Part shown: positions 58,195 through 64,000 of the stretch, in pieces
Layout: each line of letters begins with the position of its first letter
Numbering within the stretch: the stretch's first letter is position 1
NCBI GenBank assembly: GCA_965262115.1
Contig: OZ253496.1
Span: 384,001 to 448,000, forward strand
Length of the DNA stretch: 64,000 bases
Direction: 5' to 3'
Origin: Nitrospinales bacterium
GTDB taxonomy: Bacteria > Nitrospinota > Nitrospinia > Nitrospinales > VA-1
Translations under genes and position numbers: made by a program
The notes under the pieces: model-generated
The model's database searches: none
Seen by the model: the letters and a program-made list of their open reading frames with translations, nothing else
Told to the model about the DNA's origin: nothing

Positions 58195-58323
58195 TTAAAT
58201 CATACCGGCCCGTTTCACCCCTTCCCATGGTTTCATAAGTATCCCTAACATATTTAGAAAACCTACCCACTCAATTTTCTGTACAATAAAATCCTCGTTG
58301 ACCAACAACTTATTTTTAAAACC

Positions 58324-59661
58324 ATGGATTCTTTGACCCAGTCCATCCTGTTAGAGCTTTTGAATTTTTCCTCCAGCCGAAATAAGAAACTTTTTGTGGT
58401 TGGAGGAACATTGAGGGATTACCTCTCCCGGAAACCCTGTTCAGACTTCGACCTGACCGGGAAAAATGCGGCCGACCTCGGAACCGATTTTGCCAATTTC
58501 CTGAGTTTCACCTACGTGTCTCTAGATAAAACCCCCGACCGAAAAACAGTCCGCGTTGTTCTGGACCAAAAACAACATCTCGACTTCACCGACCTGCAAG
58601 GAAGAAATATTGAGGAAGATCTATCGCAAAGGGATTTCACCATCAATGCTATGGGGCTACTCTTATCAGAATTTTTGTCCGGCAGAAAAATCCCCATTGA
58701 TCCTCATAAGGGGCAAGAAGATTTAGTAAATAGAAAGATTCGGGTGCTACCAGGCCCTATTATTTCGTCCGATCCGCTGCGCATGCTTCGGGCTTTCCGT
58801 TTAGCGGCAACTCTGGGTTTTGAAATTGATGAGGACACGTTAACCAAAATCTCTTTACATAAAACCGAATTGAACGAATCCGCTCCGGAACGAATCTGGC
58901 ACGAACTGACCCTGTTTTTTAAATCCCCAAGCACCCTTTTATTGCTGGAAATCATGCACGGCTGTGGGTTGTTGAACTGCCTTTTCCCAATACCTGATGA
59001 AGTCAAAACCCTCACCCAATATCAAAGACTGGAATCGCTCTTAAAAGACCCAGGTAAAATATTCCCCGAATATGCGGATAAGTTCAGCAATAACGCATTT
59101 CTCAGCAAGCATTATCTCTTAAAGCTCTCGGTCTTGCTGAAAGGGCTGAATCAAAGCCCGACATCAGGAGCTGAGACAACAGAGGGTTTTCCTGACATCC
59201 ATAAATTGAATCTCAAGCCCAGCAATGCGGAAATGAAGTCCATGAATCAGGCACTGAACGGGGCCAGATCTTTGGCAGAAATATATTTCAAGGGCAGTCA
59301 CGGACAAAACGAAACCTACGAATTGACCACAAAGATTCATGAAGAACTACTGGCTTCGATAATCTTATTTATCACGGACTTCTCTTTACAAGACAAGTCT
59401 GACGCTGAAAACAAGGTTCTTTTCTGCAGCCGCATGCTCAAATTCTATTATGATCAGTTTCTGCCGACAATAAATAAAAAACCCTTACTGAACGGAGAAG
59501 ATATTATTCATCAATTCAGCCTTTCTCCTTCCCCATTTTTTGGTAAAATTCTGAACTGCATCCAAAAAGCACAAGTGCTGGGCAATATAGCCACCCGGGA
59601 AGATGCGATCACGCTGGCCGGGGATATTATTCAATCACAAATAAAAAAATCAGATGGATGA
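58324..59661 (+). CDS. Class II tRNA nucleotidyltransferase (probably CC-adding)
   Basis: VGG.LRD..DFD, ED..QRDFTINAM, DPLRMLRA, ERIW.EL. Confidence 0.88.
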   Translation: MDSLTQSILLELLNFSSSRNKKLFVVGGTLRDYLSRKPCSDFDLTGKNAADLGTDFANFLSFTYVSLDKTPDRKTVRVVLDQKQHLDFTDLQGRNIEEDLSQRDFTINAMGLLLSEFLSGRKIPIDPHKGQEDLVNRKIRVLPGPIISSDPLRMLRAFRLAATLGFEIDEDTLTKISLHKTELNESAPERIWHELTLFFKSPSTLLLLEIMHGCGLLNCLFPIPDEVKTLTQYQRLESLLKDPGKIFPEYADKFSNNAFLSKHYLLKLSVLLKGLNQSPTSGAETTEGFPDIHKLNLKPSNAEMKSMNQALNGARSLAEIYFKGSHGQNETYELTTKIHEELLASIILFITDFSLQDKSDAENKVLFCSRMLKFYYDQFLPTINKKPLLNGEDIIHQFSLSPSPFFGKILNCIQKAQVLGNIATREDAITLAGDIIQSQIKKSDG

Positions 59662-60314
59662 CAACCCGATATTCAACCACTGAATGGAATAACAAGAAAG
59701 TCATATTGAGTGAAAGCGAAATCGATCCCGAAAAACCGGTCAACCTTTTAATCGGTTTCCATGGCGCGAGTTCGACTCCTGAAAATATGCTTGTTCAGGG
59801 AAACCGCTTAAAACTCCAGAATGCCCTGATGGTTTTTCCAGAAGGCCCGGTGAGCGCAGGGAACGGAATTTGGAGCTGGTGGGAAGACGGCCCCCGGCAA
59901 AGCGAAACGGTGAAAAGTTTTGTCAGCTATACTTCGCAAATCATCGGTTCCGCCTACAAACATTATTTAAGCAATAATCCTGAAAGAAAACTGAGAACCT
60001 GCTTATGGGGATTTTCCCAGGGAGGAGCCGCGTCCCTGACTTATACCCTTCTTGGAGAGCACACGCTGTTCAAAGTGGCCTCCATTTGTGGTTTTCTTCC
60101 GGAAATACAAGACCCGGTTATTGAGAAGAAAGAATCCCTTCCCATACTCGGAATATTCGGCAGTAACGATGAGGTGGTTCCTTCTTTCCTCGCTGATCAT
60201 GCTCTGGATGAAATGAAAAACCATGGCCATATGGTAAAATCCAAAGAAACCACTCAGTCTCATGAAGTTAATTCGGAAAATCTGCAGGACTTGTGCGACT
60301 TTTTTAATCCCTGA
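59658..60314 (+). CDS. Phospholipase/carboxylesterase-type alpha/beta hydrolase
   Basis: GFHG, GFSQGG, G.NDEVVP, H. Confidence 0.85.
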   Translation: MTTRYSTTEWNNKKVILSESEIDPEKPVNLLIGFHGASSTPENMLVQGNRLKLQNALMVFPEGPVSAGNGIWSWWEDGPRQSETVKSFVSYTSQIIGSAYKHYLSNNPERKLRTCLWGFSQGGAASLTYTLLGEHTLFKVASICGFLPEIQDPVIEKKESLPILGIFGSNDEVVPSFLADHALDEMKNHGHMVKSKETTQSHEVNSENLQDLCDFFNP

Positions 60315-60333
60315 AAGGGGCGGGTATGAATTT

Positions 60334-61836
60334 ATGAAAGCAAAAACATTGATGATTCAAGGAACCGGGTCCGGTGTCGGGAAAAGCCTTTTGACGGCCG
60401 CGTTCTGCCGGTATTTTTATCAGGCCGGATACAAAGTGGCCCCTTTCAAGGCCCAGAATATGGCTTTAAATTCTTTCGTGACAGAGCGTGGCGAAGAAAT
60501 GGGGCGAGCCCAAGCCTATCAGGCAGAGGCTTGTGGATTGAAACCGGAAGTTTTCATGAATCCTATTCTATTGAAACCTTCTGGGGATAATAATTCCCAG
60601 GTCATTTTGATGGGAAAGCCGGTTGGATCGCGGAACGCAAAAAATTATTATGCACAATATAAAAAACACCAGCAAATCGTGTTATCGGCTCTGGAAGAAC
60701 TGCGGAGCAGGTTTGACTTAATTATTATTGAAGGAGCGGGAAGTCCTGCGGAAATCAATTTAAAAAAAACCGATCTGGTCAATATGTTCATTGCCGAAAA
60801 GGCCGACGCACCGGTCCTCCTTGTAGGTGATATCGATCGGGGAGGAGTTTTTGCATGGCTGAAGGGAACCTATGACCTGCTCACCAATAAAGAGCAGGAA
60901 CGGATACTGGGCTTCATCATAAATAAATTTCGTGGGGATATTGATCTTTTGCAACCGGGTATCGAGCAGTTTAAGGAATTGGTACCCAAGCCGGTTTTAG
61001 GAGTCGTCCCCTATTGCAAGGATCTGGTTATTGACGAAGAAGATTCCCTTCCGCAGGCATCTTATTCGGCGGCACAAAATGCAGAAGGGGTTTTGAATGC
61101 CGTTGTTATCGAACTTCCGCGAATTTCCAATTTTACTGATCTATCCCCGCTTTCTTATGATCCTTCTATCTCAATTCGATATGTCAAGCACCCAGCGCAA
61201 ATGGGAAACCCCGATTTAATCATTCTGCCGGGCAGCAAGAATACCGTCGACGATATGAATTTTTTGAACCAGCAATGCATGACACGGGAAATCCTCAAGC
61301 GCCATGAAGCCGGAGCCATGATCTTGGGGATTTGTGGCGGATTCCAAATGCTGGGAAAAATAATCAGCGATCCTGAAAATCTTGAAAGCCGCGAAAAAGA
61401 AGCAGAAGGATTAGGTTTATTCGATTTTAAAACCACGCTCGTGGCCGAAAAATTAACGCGGCAGGTACAACTTGAAACTGTGAAAAGTAGCATGTTTCCT
61501 GAGGGAGTCTTGTGCGAGGGCTACGAAATTCATATGGGGCGAACCACGTTCGGAACCACTTATCCAACCCTCTTCTCCGCCCCCAATGAAGACAACCCCA
61601 TGAATTTCGGAATCACCAATCAGGATGGAACCGTTTTTGGCACTTACCTGCACGGATTTTTAGACAAAGACCTCTTCCGGGAAAATATATTGCGTTATAT
61701 AAGAAAGGAAAAAGGGCTGCCCGAACCCGCGAGCCAATTCGACTATGCGCAGTTTAGAAACCGTGAACTCGACAAACTTGCGGATTTAGTTAAATCTTCC
61801 ATCGACATGGAAGCGATTAAAAAAAGCCTTCGGTAA
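60334..61836 (+). CDS. cobQ: Cobyric acid synthase
   Basis: QGTGSGVGKS, PFKAQNM, EGAGSPAEINL, ICGGFQMLG, GYEIHMG. Confidence 0.97.
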   Translation: MKAKTLMIQGTGSGVGKSLLTAAFCRYFYQAGYKVAPFKAQNMALNSFVTERGEEMGRAQAYQAEACGLKPEVFMNPILLKPSGDNNSQVILMGKPVGSRNAKNYYAQYKKHQQIVLSALEELRSRFDLIIIEGAGSPAEINLKKTDLVNMFIAEKADAPVLLVGDIDRGGVFAWLKGTYDLLTNKEQERILGFIINKFRGDIDLLQPGIEQFKELVPKPVLGVVPYCKDLVIDEEDSLPQASYSAAQNAEGVLNAVVIELPRISNFTDLSPLSYDPSISIRYVKHPAQMGNPDLIILPGSKNTVDDMNFLNQQCMTREILKRHEAGAMILGICGGFQMLGKIISDPENLESREKEAEGLGLFDFKTTLVAEKLTRQVQLETVKSSMFPEGVLCEGYEIHMGRTTFGTTYPTLFSAPNEDNPMNFGITNQDGTVFGTYLHGFLDKDLFRENILRYIRKEKGLPEPASQFDYAQFRNRELDKLADLVKSSIDMEAIKKSLR

Positions 61837-61921
61837 CCCAGCGCTTACCACGCCAGCCAGAAAAATTAAAATCTTTTCATAAATTCCACCCTTGTAGCAT
61901 ATAAGCAGGGAATCAGGTATG

Positions 61922-62653
61922 CTACTCCCTTTTAACCAGGTCCACTTTCCCGTCATTGTTACGGTCCAGCTCTATTCGGTCAATTTCCCCGAATGAATTG
62001 AAATACTCCCAGCGATCCTTATTTCCATCAAAGTTGGTATCATGCTCAACCTTTTGCAATTGAGTGGAGTTCAAAAAGTACTGCCATTGATCTGGCTCCC
62101 CATCGTGATTGGTGTCAAAAGCGACTGACTCCAAGGACTCATTTTCCCCAAACATTTCCCAGCGGTTAATATTTCCATCACTGGAAATATCATATTCAAC
62201 CCTGTTAATTTTCCCTTCTTCAGAAAAGTATTGAAATACATCTATCTTTCCATCGCCATTTCGATCTATTTCCAATCGAATAATTTTTTTATCTGCATTA
62301 TAAAATTCTCGCCAATCGATCATCCCTGAAAACCGGGAATCCTTTTCAATTTTAATGAGCGAAAATTCCTGGGAATAATGCTGGGCCTGGTCAAAGCTTC
62401 CATCATAATTTCTGTCAAGTTCAACGCGGATCGGTTTTTCGTTGCCCTCATAAATGTCAACCTGATCTACTTTTCCGTCACCATTTCTATCGTATTCAAT
62501 TTTTTCCAGTTTATCGTCATCAGATTTATGATGCCACTGGTCTAGCTTGCCATCGAAGTCGCTGTCCAACTGAGTAACAGATCCTTCCGCGATAGAGGTA
62601 AAAATAAATAAGATTCCGATTAACATAAGCAATCCCGGTTTGATTCGGATCAC
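61922..62653 (-). CDS. Secreted protein with ~23-aa DxNxDG repeats
   Basis: Signal peptide, about 10 repeats of E.D.N.DG..D.W.Y. Confidence 0.8.
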   Translation of the reverse strand: MIRIKPGLLMLIGILFIFTSIAEGSVTQLDSDFDGKLDQWHHKSDDDKLEKIEYDRNGDGKVDQVDIYEGNEKPIRVELDRNYDGSFDQAQHYSQEFSLIKIEKDSRFSGMIDWREFYNADKKIIRLEIDRNGDGKIDVFQYFSEEGKINRVEYDISSDGNINRWEMFGENESLESVAFDTNHDGEPDQWQYFLNSTQLQKVEHDTNFDGNKDRWEYFNSFGEIDRIELDRNNDGKVDLVKRE

Positions 62654-63852
62654 GGTTCCTCCAGAATAAAAGAAATAGGGAGTTTGAAAATAATGGAATT
62701 CAACTGGAGAGGTTCCGGTATTTTTGGATAGGGACTGGCATTTCTCACAACATCTAAAGCCGCCTGATTCAAAACTTCATAAGGCGAAGCAACAGCAATT
62801 GAATAGCTCACCAAATTACCATTTTTCCCTACTTGAAATTCTATTACAGGCTTTCCCTCCCATCCTTGATCTTGGGCAATACGTGGGTAATACTTAGCTT
62901 TAGCAATTTTTTTCCAAACCCCCGATGAAAAACCTTTCCTTAGAGAATCTAAATCTATATCGGAAGAATCAACTCCAACTTTTGGTAGATCTGAACTAGT
63001 TGCAGGTTCCAGACTTTCTTCCAATTCCCCCTCTTTGGAAGATCCAACAAATTCTGTAGGTATTGAAGCTAATTGAACTGGTTGAATTTGGTTGTTCAAG
63101 GGAATCCTGGTTTCTCTCCGTACTTCTTGATTTGGCTTATCAGAAACTGCCCAGAAGTTACTGTCATTAGAAATATTTCTTGCTCCAATGTTTGGTCCAG
63201 GAATAGGCCCTTTATAAAATCGGCTAGAGACTTTTGTGATTGTGGCCCTTTGCAATAGCTCTCTATAAGAAACAACTTTTTCAAGCACACGAGCAGGTTC
63301 CACTGAACTGTGAGGTTGTCGAACTGTATAATCAAACATTTCTGTTTGAGCAGGTGAAGGAGAAAATTGTGTTGCGGCAAAATCCAGTTTGGCAACTTGA
63401 ATATATTGCACAGAGTTATTGGGTTGCTGGATTTCTTTTGCAAACATTCCTTTTTGGAAAAATGCTGGCTCAGTCGATTGAGCAATAAAAGGCTTAATGG
63501 GCCTAGGAGTATTAGTTGGCAAAGAGACTAGGGGCTTTGAGATTGATGCCATACTTTTAGCAATAGGTCGAAATCGACTTATTTCGCTACGAGGCTGTAT
63601 CGTTGTGCGCAGAGGTCTATTTACTTTTACAAAATTTTCTTCAACAGGCTGAATTAAATGTGCTTTTTCTACCTTTGGTTTAAGTGAAGATTCATAAATA
63701 ACAGTTTTGATATGAATCGTTTCAAGTTCTGGCACATGGGGTTTGTTGTTGGTTGTCCAATATGCCAGAAACAATAATCCCGCTCCATGTGCAAAGGCAG
63801 AGAGGATAAAGGCATTTTGAAAAAATATATTCTTTTGTGTTCTAAATTTCAT
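62650..63852 (-). CDS. TonB-family energy transducer
   Basis: S...H TM motif, long linker, YP..A...G.EG...LNQAA C-domain. Confidence 0.85.
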   Translation of the reverse strand: MKFRTQKNIFFQNAFILSAFAHGAGLLFLAYWTTNNKPHVPELETIHIKTVIYESSLKPKVEKAHLIQPVEENFVKVNRPLRTTIQPRSEISRFRPIAKSMASISKPLVSLPTNTPRPIKPFIAQSTEPAFFQKGMFAKEIQQPNNSVQYIQVAKLDFAATQFSPSPAQTEMFDYTVRQPHSSVEPARVLEKVVSYRELLQRATITKVSSRFYKGPIPGPNIGARNISNDSNFWAVSDKPNQEVRRETRIPLNNQIQPVQLASIPTEFVGSSKEGELEESLEPATSSDLPKVGVDSSDIDLDSLRKGFSSGVWKKIAKAKYYPRIAQDQGWEGKPVIEFQVGKNGNLVSYSIAVASPYEVLNQAALDVVRNASPYPKIPEPLQLNSIIFKLPISFILEEP

Positions 63853-64000
63853 TGATGATGCAATTTTATAGAAAATCAGTAAAACAAAAACAGAATAAAA
63901 AAATATCGAGCCAGTAAATTTATATATTGATCACTGAACCAAATTGGATTCAATGAAAATATAAGTTGGAAGCACAATTATAATATACTAATGATTTAAA

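Overview
A 64-kb bacterial chromosome segment of moderate GC. It is probably Nitrospinota, inferred from protein style only, since there is no rRNA in the window. Most of it is housekeeping: trpG/trpE, a moxR-vWA Bat operon, ampG, alr, pyrD, rph, nth, ilvH-ilvC-psd-pssA, accD, rocD, tRNA-fMet, gdhA, yajQ, csp, lspA-ileS-trpS, a tRNA nucleotidyltransferase, cobQ and tonB. Accessory DNA comprises an AT-rich HpaI-like type II restriction-modification module, a decayed integron-type cassette with a solo attC, an IS30 remnant and an inactivated IS3. The most striking unexplained signal is intergenic: a nested set of miniature non-autonomous elements. (B) A 39-41 bp element with no terminal inverted repeats (TIRs) and no target-site duplication (TSD), ending in a GNA-loop hairpin. 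It has 10 copies at about 7 independent sites, always inside other repeats or IS DNA, and one copy disables the IS3 frameshift window. (C) A GAGACCTTTGC-TIR MITE with 9-bp TSDs that inserts into CCCCT..AGGGG palindromes. (A) An ~80-bp repeat that often starts right after stop codons. Also notable are a candidate structured leader RNA before the M50-trpS-ileS-lspA operon, a PCP_red-ChdC fusion, a bactofilin-TM-TPR fusion and an acidic membrane protein paired with a FlhG/MinD ATPase. All calls come from reading the sequence and recalled motifs; no searches were run.
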